Assembly (NCBI GenBank): GCA_013239625.1
Contig: MU053410.1
Location: forward strand, 139,720-159,719
Length of the DNA: 20,000 bases
DNA from: Lama guanicoe
Taxonomy: Eukaryota
Direction: 5' to 3'
Under the pieces are notes generated by a model. The model had not been told where the DNA came from, searched no databases, and saw only the letters and a program-made list of their open reading frames with translations. The translations under genes and the position numbers were made by a program. Within the stretch, counting starts at the first letter, position 1, and every line of letters starts with the position of its first letter. Shown piece after piece: positions 10,163-20,000 of this stretch.

Positions 10163-12087
10163 ATAAATAATCTCACATTTTCTTTATCCATTCATCTGTT
10201 GATGGACATTTAGGGTTTTCTATATATAACATGCCATCTGTAAACAGAGAAAATCTTACTTCCTCCTTTCCAGTTTGAATGCCCTTTATATCTTCTTCTT
10301 GCCTAACTTCTCTGGCCATGGCTTCCAGTACAATGCTGAATAGAACTGGTGAGAATGGATGTCCTGATTGTTCCTGATCCTGGAGGGAAAGCTTTCAGAT
10401 TGTCACTGTGGAGTATGATGTTAGCTGTGGGCTGGTCAAACATGAGCATGTTGTTTAATCTCCACACATTTGTGAACTTTCCAGTTTCCTTCTTATAACT
10501 GATTTCTAGTTTTATACCATTGTGGCCAGAAAAAGATGCTTGATATGATTTCAGTCTTCTTAAATTCCTTAAGATCTATTTTGTGCCTAACATAGACTCT
10601 ATCCTGGAGAATGTTCCATGTTCACTTGCGAAGAATGTGTATTCTGCTGCTATTGGATGAAATGTTCTGACATGTTCTTTAAGGCCAGTGTTTCCTTATT
10701 GATTTTCTGTCTGGATGATCTATCCATTGATGAAAGTGGGGTATCAGAGTGTCCCCCCCACATAATTTTGTATTGCTATTTCTCCTCTTAGGCCTATTAG
10801 TATTTGCTTTACATATTTAGCTGCTCCTATGTTGGGCACATAAATATTTGCAAATGTTATAGCCTCTTGTTGAATTGACCCCTTTATTGTTATATGACCT
10901 TCTCTGTCTCTTATTATAGTATTTTGATTAAAGTCTATTTTTTCTGATGTAAGTACAGCTACCTCTGCTTTCTTTTGGTTTTCATTTGCGTGGAATAACT
11001 TTTTCCATCCTTTCACTTTCAGTCTGCATATGTCTTGAAAGCTGGTGAGTGTTTTGTAGGTAGCATATTGTTGGGTCTTATTTTTTTTAATCCATTTAGC
11101 TACTCTGTGTCTTGTGAGTAGAGAATTTAGTCCACTTACACTTGGAAGTAATAATTGATAGGTAAGGACTTACTACTGCCATTTAGTTCACTATTTCTTG
11201 GCTGTTTTGTAATTCCTCTGTTCCTCTGTTCCTCTCTTTCTCTGTGATTTGGTAATTTTACGCAGTGCTATTCTTAAATTCCTTTCTCTTTTTGTATATG
11301 TCTACTGTGTATTTTTGCTTTGTGTTTACCATAAGAATTACAGAAAACATAACAGTCTGTTTTAAGCTGATAACAAATTTGCACACACATTAAAGCTCTG
11401 CATTTCTACTCCCCACCCCTGCCATTTTAGGTCTTTAATGTCACAATTTATCTATTTTTACCTGTGTATCCATCAACAAATTATTGTAATTATAGTTACT
11501 TCACTGCTTTGTTATTTAACCTTCATACTAGATTTATAAGTGATTTCACCACCACCAGCATTACAATAGGAAAGTATTCTGAATGGGACTCTATTTTTAA
11601 TTTTATCGGTGAGTTTTATGCTTTACTATATTTTCCTGTTACTAATTTGCATCATTTCATTTCCTCTTTCTTCTTCAGCTATTGTTTGTCTGTAAAACTC
11701 TTTCTCTCTCCTTTAATTCTGGAGGACAGCTTTGCCAGGTAGAGGATTCTTGGTTGACAGTTTTTTCTTTCAGCACTTTGAATGTATATCATCCTGAGAG
11801 CTGTCTTCTGGCCCGCAAAATTTCTGCTCAAAAATCCACTGGCAGTCTTATGAACATCCCCGTATCATAATAAGTTGCTTTTGTTCTGCTGCTTTTAAGA
11901 CTGTCTCCTTGTCTTTAACTTCTGTTGGATTACAATGTGTCTCACTGTGGGATTCTTTAGATGCAGCTTATTTGGAGTTCTGCGCTTCCTGGGTCAGGAC
12001 TTCTGTTTCTTGCCCCAGTTTAGGGAGGTTTTCAGCCATTATTTCTTCCAATAGGCATTCTGCCTCTTTTCCTCTCTCCTCTCCTCT

Positions 12088-12156
12088 NNNNNNNNNNNNN
12101 NNNNNNNNNNNNNNNNNNNNNNNNNNNNNNNNNNNNNNNNNNNNNNNNNNNNNNNN
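12088..12156. other. Assembly gap (69 N) within L1 ORF1
   Basis: Run of N, with ORF1-like sequence on both sides. Confidence 0.99.
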
Positions 12157-13679
12157 ACTCTTCTCTTCCTTCTTGCTCTCTGCTTGAATAACTTCTACTG
12201 CCCCATTTTCAAGTTTGTTGATCATTCCTTTTGCTCAATCTAGTCTACTATTGAACCTCTCAACTGAATTTTTCAGTTCAATTATTTTTATTCTATTTTT
12301 CAGTTCTATGACTGCTGTTTTCTACTTTTCAATATTTTCTATCTCTTGCTGAAGTTTTCACTTTGTTCATGCATTGCTTTCTTGAATTAGTGAGCATCTT
12401 TATGACTGTTATTTTGAACTCTCTATCAGGTAAATCATTTCTTTTTATTTCATTATTGTGAGTTTCTGGAGATTTAGCTTCTTCTTTTGTTTGGAATCTA
12501 TTCCCCTGTTTCTTCCTTGACTCTCTGTGTTGGTTTCTGCACATTAGATGAAACCACCGCCTCTCCCAGTCTGGATGGAATGGTCTCCTGCAGGTGTTGA
12601 ACCCTGGCAGTCAGCCCAGCCTGAGCTCCTGGTTGTCTGTTTAAACCTCAGCCATTGTCCGAACTGCTCTCTTTGTTTTCAGCGGCTCCCAAGACCCATC
12701 AGTTTTCCAAAGGGGAAACTCTTAGGCAGCGCCTAAATGTGGGTTGATTGGAAGCTGGATCCTCAGACAGGACTGAGAAGTGTGTAATGAAGGCTTTTCT
12801 ATAGAGAAACTGGGAGAAGAGTGTTTGTACTTGCTCATTCCATGCTGAGCTGTGGGGTATAGCTGGGGGGTATTCCTGTGTCCGTTTAAAAAGTGCATTT
12901 TTGTTTCAGTCCTGTGGGACTCGAGAGTGTAAGTCCTGCAGGATACCAAACCCGGGTGATTGAGGGCCCATCCCTCGAATGGCAGCTGTAAAAGCTGGGG
13001 CACTAGTTGTGTGGACAAGCTCCTTCCAGGGAGATGCTTGGTTTTACTATTGGAGTAAACCAGAGGGAGAAGGCGGGGCTCTGGGGAGGGTCACAGCTGG
13101 CACCTGGGTGTGTGCTAACTAGATGCTGGGCCCCATGCAGCCCTTTGCAAAGTCTGCAGCCAAACCCCTGCCAGGAAAGTGGAAGCGGGAAGATGGCATT
13201 TCTAGCTACATCCTCTGAGCTGGGGCCTAAGGGAGTAGCCCAGCGGGTGCTGGTGCTCCCACTGGTTCCCTGTTTGCTGCATTCCTGTAGGACTGGTGGA
13301 CACAGGCCCTGCTTATTTTCAGAGGTCAGTGACATGGGAGCTTGTCCCTTGGATGGAAGCTTTAGTTAAAATTGGGGGGGGGGCGGTGCTAGTTGTTCAG
13401 TTTAGATCCCTCACTCCACAGGGAGAAGCTGGGAGTTGGGGGTCCCCTCAATTGCAGGGCACTGCGCTGGGGGTGGGGTTGATGGGGAGGATGTGCCTTT
13501 CCTACCCCTTCTGATGTGGATGTTTTCTGTTACTTGATGTGTAGGAACCACTGCGCCAGGCTCTGGGTTTCTCTCAGAGGCAATTGCTGCATGAAAAGCC
13601 ATGTACTCTGTGCCTCTGTGGTAGAAGGGAAATTCGGGAGCCTCCAAGTTACCATCTTTGTCCTTCTAACTTCTTTCTT

Positions 13680-13841
13680 GAACTCTGGACCCACATCTCC
13701 AACTGTGCATTTGGCAGCTCTATTTGGACGTGTAATAGCTCCTCAAACCCTGCTCGTCTGAGGTAAAGCTCGCCCTTGCTTCCCCGCCCCTAAAGCCTGC
13801 CCCTCCCGTGGTGCCCCTCTTCAGCGACTGGAAATCCCACT
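13680..13841 (+). mobile_element. LINE-2 ORF2 fragment
   Basis: gaactctggacccacatctccaactg...tttggacgtgtaatag..cctcaaacc...cctaaagcctgcccctccc resembles the L2 segment encoding LQTHISNCLLDISTWMS..LKLNMSKTEL. Confidence 0.7.
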
Positions 13842-14359
13842 TGTTACTGAGTCCAAATTCATTCTGCTTGCTGCACAACAGGCCAGTAAGTCTGGAGATG
13901 AGGTGCTGGGGCAAGGAATAGCAACTTTACTTGGAAAGCTGGCCGACCGAGAGGATGACAGACTGTCTTGGAAAACCATCCTACTCCAGTCAGAATACAG
14001 TCTCCTTTTACACAGAAAAACAGGGGAGGCGGTGTGGATGGTTGTTGCAAACTTCTTGCCACAGGAAGCCTTTGTTCCTGCAGCTGTCCATGTGGGTCAG
14101 GCCTTGGTGTCCCTGTAAACTTTCAACAAAACAAAGGTTGTTTTCTGTTTGGCAACTTGCCATCTCCACAGAAGTGCAGGAGTGCTAACATCCTTAAAGG
14201 TCAGAGCCCCGAGAATAGGCTCTCCTGTACATTTCAGGCTAAAGGCAACACTGTTTTACAAAAGGTGCAGAGCTGGCCAGGCTAAGCCTGGAACACTGCA
14301 GTGGTTAAAGTCACAGGAACACATCTAATATGGAGTCAGATTTGTTCTTTTCCATTACA
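13842..14359 (-). mobile_element. Solo ERV1-class LTR (MER41-like artiodactyl family), 518 bp
   Basis: TG...CA termini (TGTTA at 13842, TTACA at 14359). The minus strand starts TGTAATGGAAAAGAACAAATCTGACTCCATATTAGAT, typical of MER41-like LTR 5' ends. No matching target-site duplication. Confidence 0.8.
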
Positions 14360-15679
14360 GAGGGACACACTGAGAGCCTCCTGGCGATTGGCCGGAGGCA
14401 TGGCCTGCTGAGAGCAGTCTGGCAATCGGTCAGAAGGGCCGCGGGGGTCACAGGGAGGCATCATGATGCACCACGGGCAGTTGTAAAAGCCGGGGCCGCT
14501 GCCGAGGTCAGCCATAGCAGAGATGGCCTTTCTGGTTCTCTTTCTGCTTGTGGCCGCGTCCTCAACTGCCTTCTCCACTCCCACCTCTGCCGCACTCCAT
14601 GCCCAATCCTCTTGCTCCAGGACCCTCACCCACACTGTGTACCCCACTTTAATGCCTGGATCCACCTTTGGGCCCCTCTGCTGGCGGCAAGTCTGCGTAC
14701 CCACACCCGGTGCCCCCTGCACCGGCATGGGCTGGCCTGGCTCCTCTCCTTCTGGTTCCAGCCCCGCGGTGGGGGATCAGGCTCCGAGAACAGGAGCACA
14801 GCAGACCCCTGCCCATCCTGGGAGCGCCCCTTCCAGGCCTCTGGCGTCCCAACAGAGCATCCAACAGGCCAGCCAAGAGCCCACGAGGAGAAATTAGAGA
14901 GAGGGCAGCCACAGACCCCCATGCCGCACTCCCCAGGACCCCGTCGAACTGTGCTGTGGGTATCCAGCCTCAATCTTTCCATGGCTGCCTTCTGCCTGTG
15001 GCTGTCAGCACCTCTGCCAGGCCCAGGTCAGCTGGCAGGAAGAGGCTGCTACATGGTGGAAGAGGAAGACATCCTGCCAGGCCTCATGCATGCTGTTCCC
15101 ATGCTGCCCTCCAGGCATATGAACCCAGAGGCTGCAGAGGGTGAGGAGAGGGGCCCCAGAAAGCTCAGATCACCTCCTGGTAACCTTGGCCCTGGCTCCC
15201 TCCGTGACTCCCAGCACCAACCGTCACGAAGGGAAGAACCACCAGCCCAGCCTGCCCTACAGCCAGCCAGCCAGACCGGAGGCCGGGTAATGGAGCAGCA
15301 AAAGCAACCTGGACCCACAGGGCATCCTGACCGTGACCGCCATATGAAAGACCTGAGGCCACCAGCCCAGGCCAGACTCCATCTGCAGCTGCTGTGGCCG
15401 GAGCAGTGGCGTCAGTGGCTGACGAAGGAGGCGACGGCGGCCTTTGGCAAGGGCAGGCCTGGGACTCTTCAGAGTGTGGTCCTCCTCCTGATGGGTCACT
15501 GGGCCGAGGTGCTGGCGGGCCCCTGGCCTGGGACCACATTCCACCTGACGTCCTGGTTCTATAACACCTTTGGGATCCTTTGCCTCTTAACAGTCATCTT
15601 GTGGAGGAGAAAGGTGCCAGCAGAACAGGAGCCGCGGGTCGTGGCAGGGAGGGAAGGGCGTGGGCACATCCCAGGGTAG
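14330..15679 (+). CDS. 449-codon ORF of unknown product with a C-terminal hydrophobic helix; may be part of a decayed gene or a chance GC-rich ORF
   Basis: Longest ORF in the window. Its ATG lies inside the antisense LTR. TM-like WFYNTFGILCLLTVILW (15554-15604) is followed by RRK. The same frame stays open after TAG 15677-15679 up to 15916 and has coiled-coil character. Confidence 0.35.
   Translation: MESDLFFSITEGHTESLLAIGRRHGLLRAVWQSVRRAAGVTGRHHDAPRAVVKAGAAAEVSHSRDGLSGSLSACGRVLNCLLHSHLCRTPCPILLLQDPHPHCVPHFNAWIHLWAPLLAASLRTHTRCPLHRHGLAWLLSFWFQPRGGGSGSENRSTADPCPSWERPFQASGVPTEHPTGQPRAHEEKLERGQPQTPMPHSPGPRRTVLWVSSLNLSMAAFCLWLSAPLPGPGQLAGRGCYMVEEEDILPGLMHAVPMLPSRHMNPEAAEGEERGPRKLRSPPGNLGPGSLRDSQHQPSRREEPPAQPALQPASQTGGRVMEQQKQPGPTGHPDRDRHMKDLRPPAQARLHLQLLWPEQWRQWLTKEATAAFGKGRPGTLQSVVLLLMGHWAEVLAGPWPGTTFHLTSWFYNTFGILCLLTVILWRRKVPAEQEPRVVAGREGRGHIPG
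14523..14897 (+). CDS. 124-aa ORF with signal-peptide-like N-terminus and S/T/P-rich body
   Basis: Good Kozak context (GAGATGG). Begins MAFLVLFLLVAASSTAFSTPTSAA. Overlaps the 449-codon ORF in a different frame. Confidence 0.3.
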   Translation: MAFLVLFLLVAASSTAFSTPTSAALHAQSSCSRTLTHTVYPTLMPGSTFGPLCWRQVCVPTPGAPCTGMGWPGSSPSGSSPAVGDQAPRTGAQQTPAHPGSAPSRPLASQQSIQQASQEPTRRN

Positions 15680-15869
15680 CCCCCGGCCCTGAGCATAGAG
15701 GAGTCCTTGGCTGAGCTCCAGAGGCTGCAGGAGAGGTATTATGAGTTGGAGAAGGAAGTGGAGGCCTTGCAGCAGCAGGAGGAGTGGTGCAAGCAGGAGG
15801 CTGAGGTCCTTGCAATAGGGTCTTGGAGTGTTTGCTCAGTGAGGCGTCTTAAGTCTTCCCTCGGCAGCA

Positions 15870-15926
15870 GGGGGTGCACTGGGGTGGGGGGGGTGAGTTG
15901 GGGGGAAGGGGAGTAGGGGGCATGGG
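15870..15926 (+). other. G-quadruplex-forming G-run cluster
   Basis: At least seven runs of three or more G separated by short loops. Confidence 0.6.
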
Positions 15927-17184
15927 AGGAGAGCTTCCCATGTATGTGAATTCTCAATAGTGTGTTGGAATGCAAAACAAGTGTCCACGAGTGATGGTGG
16001 CCCCGGGGACCACATCACACGGAGTCCTCACACCCTTCAGCGGGCTAGTGTCCACTGGGCAGGTGCCTCTGTGGCTCTGAACTATGGAGAGCCAGCACCA
16101 CGACACCCTGCCCGACCTGCTGGTGCCAGGGCTCAGCGGGGTCCCTTCAGATGGAAAGAAACCAGGCAGAGGGTCTGCTCCTGCTGTTTCTCAAAAGACC
16201 ACTTCCAGCCTGAGACAGCCAGTTTGTGGCAAAACTCAGGTTTGCACCTGGCGTTCTGGCTCTGACCTCCAGCCACGGTGGCAGTGTCCCTCCACCCCAG
16301 GGTCCTGCGTGGGGCAGGCCTTTGATGATCGATCACGGGGGAGGGACCAGAGGCGGGAGCTCTACTCTCTGCTGCTGGGTGGGAGCACGGGGAGAGGGGG
16401 CGCAGACAGCTGGCCACTTGCTCAGAGCCACAGAAGCCCTACAGGACTGGGGGTGGACTTGCTCTGGCTGCTCTAGGTTGGAGGAGCGGGGCTGGGTGGA
16501 CAGAGCAAGGCAGAGCAGCTTTCAGGTGGGAACTGGGAGACCGGAGGGTGCTGGTGGATGTGGAGGGAAGTGGCAGCTTCCAAGAGGCAGAGCTGAGCGT
16601 CGGTGATGAGTAGGGCACTGAGGGCTGCGGGGCAGGGTGGGATCCATCTCCCAGGAGCCACCCCAGCAGAGTCCCTTCTCACGTCCTCGACCAGCTGCAA
16701 GACCAAAGAGCAACCGAGTCAGTGTTCTCTGATCCCGAGGGGGCAACACGGCCCACCTGGCCGGGCGCTCCACACAGCAGGGCCTGACATAAACTTGAGG
16801 TTGGTCACAATTTTATCATCTACTAGTTTATTTTAAAGGGCCAAACTCTTTCTCTCCTGAACACTTTCAAGCCTATTTTGAACCACATAGTTATTTCTTT
16901 GTAGAGATATCCACAGACAAATCCTCTGTTAATGTCACCTTGTTTAACATTATTTTAAGAGTTTTTTTCTCCTTTTCTCAGGGATATTTATAGGTAAATA
17001 AATTAAAAGGAGAATCAGATTTTCACAAAAGCTGTCTAAGCATGTTTTCAGAAGTCTAAGAGACACACATACCCTTTTATAAAAGTGTGTTCCCCGTTAA
17101 TCTATCCCTTATATCTACAATCTACTATTAGGAATTAAATTATTTTGAGTCTTCTTCCTATTAAAATGCAATCAAGAGAAGCAG

Positions 17185-17535
17185 TGTACCAGTGTACTAT
17201 AGAAGTAAACAGCCTCAAAATCTCAGTGACTTAAATAACCAAAGTTTATAACCTCTCATACTATATGTTCAGTGTGGGTCAGCAGCCAACTCTGCTCCAC
17301 ATGGTAACTTCTGCATCATCTTATAATGCTGCCGTCCCCACATGAGATGCTTCAAGGGTCACAGAAGGAAACACACAAAACAGGAAATGTCTCAAATCTG
17401 CAATTAAAAGCTCCGCCTAAAACCCACTGGCTGAAACGTGTCAACAAATGCAAAAGATCCAAGCAGTGTGATCTTCCCACACATACAGAAGGAAAAGAGA
17501 ACATGAGAACTTGTGAGCAAAAGATGAAAACACCT
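17185..17535 (-). mobile_element. Old MaLR LTR (MLT1I/K/L-like)
   Basis: aaaatctcagtgacttaaataaccaaagtttat...tgtgggtcagcagccaactctgctccacatg and agtgtgatcttcccacacatacagaagga match recalled antisense MLT1 hallmarks. Confidence 0.65.
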
Positions 17536-17646
17536 TATAGGCTAGGATATGTTACCTTTTCTTTCCCAAATGACAGCCAAGTCCTGTAAACAAAACTAGC
17601 TAAAGAAATTTGGCAGAGCAAATTACCGCCATGAAAATTGTAGTGA

Positions 17647-18376
17647 AATGTTGGTGGGAATGTAAACTGGGGTGGCCACTATACAGAACAGTACAGAGGT
17701 CCCTTTAAAAACTAAAAACAAACTTACCATATGATCCAGCAATCCCACTCCTGGCCATATATCCAGAGGAAACTCTAATTCAAAAAGACACATGAACCCC
17801 AATGTTGACAGCAGCACTATTTACAACAGCCAAGACATGGAAGCAACCTAAGTGTCCATCAACAGATGACTGGACAAAGAAGATGTGGCATATATATATA
17901 CAATGGGAAACTACTCAGCCATAAAAAAGAATGAAATAATGCCATTTGCAGCAACATGGGTGGACCTAGAGACTATCATATTAAGTGAAGTCTAAGTCAG
18001 AGAGAGAAAGAGAAGTCATATGATTATCAGTTATAGGTGGAACCTTTAAAAAATGATACAAATGACCTTATTTACAAAACAGGAATAGACTCAAAGACAC
18101 TGAAAACAAACTTACAGTTACCAAAGAGGAGAGCAGCAGGGGGGGATGATAAATTAATTTTGGGATTACATATACACACTACTATATATACAATATATAA
18201 ACAACAAAGACCTACTGTGTAGCACAGGGAACTATATTCAATAACTTCTAATAACCTATAATGGAAAAGAATCTGAAAAGAACATACATATATATTATGT
18301 ATAACTGAATTACTTTGTTGTACACCTGAAACTAACACAACATTGTAAATCAACTATACTTCAATTAAAAACAAAA
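17647..18376 (+). mobile_element. 5'-truncated LINE-1 3' end (artiodactyl-type), ORF2 C-terminus plus 3' UTR
   Basis: Contains ccatatgatccagcaatcccactcctgg, ggaagcaacctaagtgtccatcaacagatg and the terminal gtacacctgaaactaacacaacattgtaaatcaactatacttcaattaaaa. Candidate TSD AAAAYTGTAGTGA at 17634-17646 and 18738-18750. Confidence 0.92.
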
Positions 18377-18380
18377 GCTG

Positions 18381-18737
18381 GAAAAATAACATATGAGATC
18401 GCTCATATGTGGAAACTTAAAAAAAAAAAACAAAGCACAAATACAAAACAGAAATAGACTCACAGACATGGAATACAAACTTGTGGTTGCCAAGGGGGCG
18501 GGGGGTGGAAAGAGATAGATTGGGATTTCGAAATTGTAGAATAGATAAACAAGATTATACTGTATAGCACAGGGAAATTATACACAAGGTCTTATGGTAG
18601 CTCACAGAGAAAAAAATGTGACAATGAATATATGTATGTTCATGTATAACTGAAAAATTGTGCTGTACACTGGAATTTGACACAACATTGTAAAACGATT
18701 ATAAATCAATAAAAAATGTTAAAAAACAAAAACAACA
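18381..18737 (+). mobile_element. Second, younger LINE-1 3' UTR (camelid L1-like) nested at the tail of the first
   Basis: A distinct 3' UTR (gagatcgctcatatgtggaa...ggtagctcacagagaaaaaaatgtgacaatg...caataaaaaatgttaaaaaac) with an A-rich tail. Candidate TSD AACAAAARCTG at 18370-18380 and 18734-18744. Confidence 0.88.
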
Positions 18738-18782
18738 AAAACTGTAGTGAGACAGACTGAGGAAAACAATGTCTCATGGTTT

Positions 18783-18910
18783 CATCTTTTAAAAATATAA
18801 ATCATATCATGTCACTTTCTTTCTTAAAACCCTCTGAGAGCTTCCCATTACTTAAATTCCAAATTCTTCACCACAGTCCACAAGGCACTACCTCAACTAG
18901 CTCTGGCCCA
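18783..18910 (+). mobile_element. LINE-2 3' fragment
   Basis: atctttt.aaaatataaatcatatcatgtcact...cttaaaaccctc...cttcccatt...ccaaattcttcacca...cacaaggc resembles the L2 consensus. Confidence 0.65.
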
Positions 18911-19554
18911 GCTCTTTCAACACTCTGCCCTCGGCACTGACTAACAGGCCCAGAAGAGGTAACAATTACAGCTGATGTTCCTTCTCCTAAGAGAACTTCA
19001 GAACGAATTACATCCTGTTATTTCCTCCCTGTCAACTTAATCACTACCAGAAAACTCTCTAGATCATCCTTCATTACCCCCGAGTGATCTGTCATCTTCA
19101 AAATCCTCTGAAAATTCTCAGCACACCTGTCCTTCACATATTTCTGATCCTGGAGAGGAGGCAGGTACCCTCCTGCCTCTCCACTGCCTTTTTTTTTTTA
19201 ATTCACGAGATAGTCAGTAGAGTAACATTTATTGATGGTATACTTACACCAAGACTGCAAAAAACGCTGCAGATAAATGGGTGAAAAGTCATGGTTCTAC
19301 CCTCAAGGCCCTTATAACCAGTAGGAGACCTCATGGTAAGTATTATAGCAGAAATACACCAACGCAATCAAAAGGGAGAGGACAGAGCAGATACTACCAC
19401 CTGGAGAAGTTAGGGAGCATCTCATATATGTATTCTCTTATCCTTAATTCTCTTCCATTCTTTTGTCATATTCGCATTTATTATCATACACATGGATGAT
19501 ATTAAAACTAACTATCTTATTGGAGAGAGAAGAGAAATTTAATATTTCTTTTCC

Positions 19555-19672
19555 CTTTTTTAAAAAAATTTTTGAAGTGCAGTTGATTTACAGTGTCAGT
19601 TTCGGGTATACAGCAAAGCGATTCAGTTATACATACACATACATTTTTTTTTCTTTTCAGATTCTTCTCCAT
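19555..19672 (-). mobile_element. Short LINE-1 extreme 3' end
   Basis: ttttgaagtgcagttgatttacagtgtcagtttcgggtatacagcaaagcgattcagttatacata...ttttcagattctt is the reverse complement of the terminus type seen at ~18260-18370. Confidence 0.8.
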
Positions 19673-20000
19673 TCTCTCCATTGTCCTTTATTTTCAAAAC
19701 CTGTAATTCCGTTAAAGCACATGTCATCAGATTATACCACTCCTTGTTCAACTACTCCCTCAGGTATCTTGTTGGTTCACTGATAAATTTAGCAACTGGC
19801 TTACCCCAACTCTACCACTTACTCCTGGTTTGATTGTTTGGTGACTTGAATAGCTACAGAGATTGATGCACTGAGGCTCTACTTTGTGGGTCTGTTCACG
19901 ACACTGAGGACAAGAGGACCTAAGAAACAAGTAGCTGGATTCCATGGTAAGACACACGCTTGCCCAGGGGAAGAAGATAAATTCCAAGACACTGCACTGT

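Larger units (their letters stand above)
9682..13670 (-). mobile_element. Old LINE-1 (L1MA9-like) with 3' UTR, ORF2 pieces, ORF1 and 5' UTR; internally deleted
   Basis: T-rich tail and L1MA9-type 3' end (9682-~10212). RT-region fragment (~10213-10440). Endonuclease region (KGWKKLFHAN...IKGSIQQEAITFANIYVPN at 10744-11016; ORF2 ATG ~11182). ORF1 remnants (LPDREFKITVIKML, EEIMAENLPKL at 11968-12544). GC-richer 5' UTR extending to ~13670. Confidence 0.9.

Noticed and set aside
13842..14359. Interferon-responsive GAS motifs in the MER41-like LTR
   Set aside because: Only mismatched sites were seen (TACTTGGAA, GTCTTGGAA); no perfect TTCNNNGAA.
8791..15916. Idea that the SH3 exon plus the TM/coiled-coil block form a TANGO1-like SH3-TM-coiled-coil gene
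   Set aside because: The SH3 is the SH3YL1 terminal exon with its own stop and poly(A) signals, not a MIA-type SH3, and no splice route is evident.
1..20000. Prokaryotic-type systems (CRISPR arrays, operons) and tRNA/rRNA genes
   Set aside because: The sequence is mammalian and repeat-rich; no regularly spaced repeats or structured RNA genes were recognised.

Overview
Mammalian genomic DNA, probably camelid (inferred from L1 3' UTRs resembling alpaca/camel L1 and from the absence of recognisable ruminant or pig SINEs). The window reads as a mosaic. It holds (1) a doubly truncated L1 ORF2 fragment (~105-1682) that abuts (2) a CpG-island, promoter-like block with a minus-strand first-exon donor. 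Next come (3) the last two exons and 3' UTR of SH3YL1 with the intron retained, but with an in-frame TGA before the SH3 domain and damaging SH3 substitutions, so probably an unprocessed pseudogene or duplicate. After that are (4) an internally deleted old L1 (L1MA9-like, minus strand), an L2 fragment and a MER41-like solo LTR with mismatched flanks. Then comes (5) a GC-rich block with a 449-codon ORF, an overlapping signal-peptide ORF, and a transmembrane plus coiled-coil segment split by one in-frame stop and faintly resembling TANGO1/cTAGE. The window ends with (6) MLT1, nested L1 3' ends and L2 debris. No intact known gene is evident. Family names come from recalled consensus sequences, not database searches, and most repeat boundaries are approximate.
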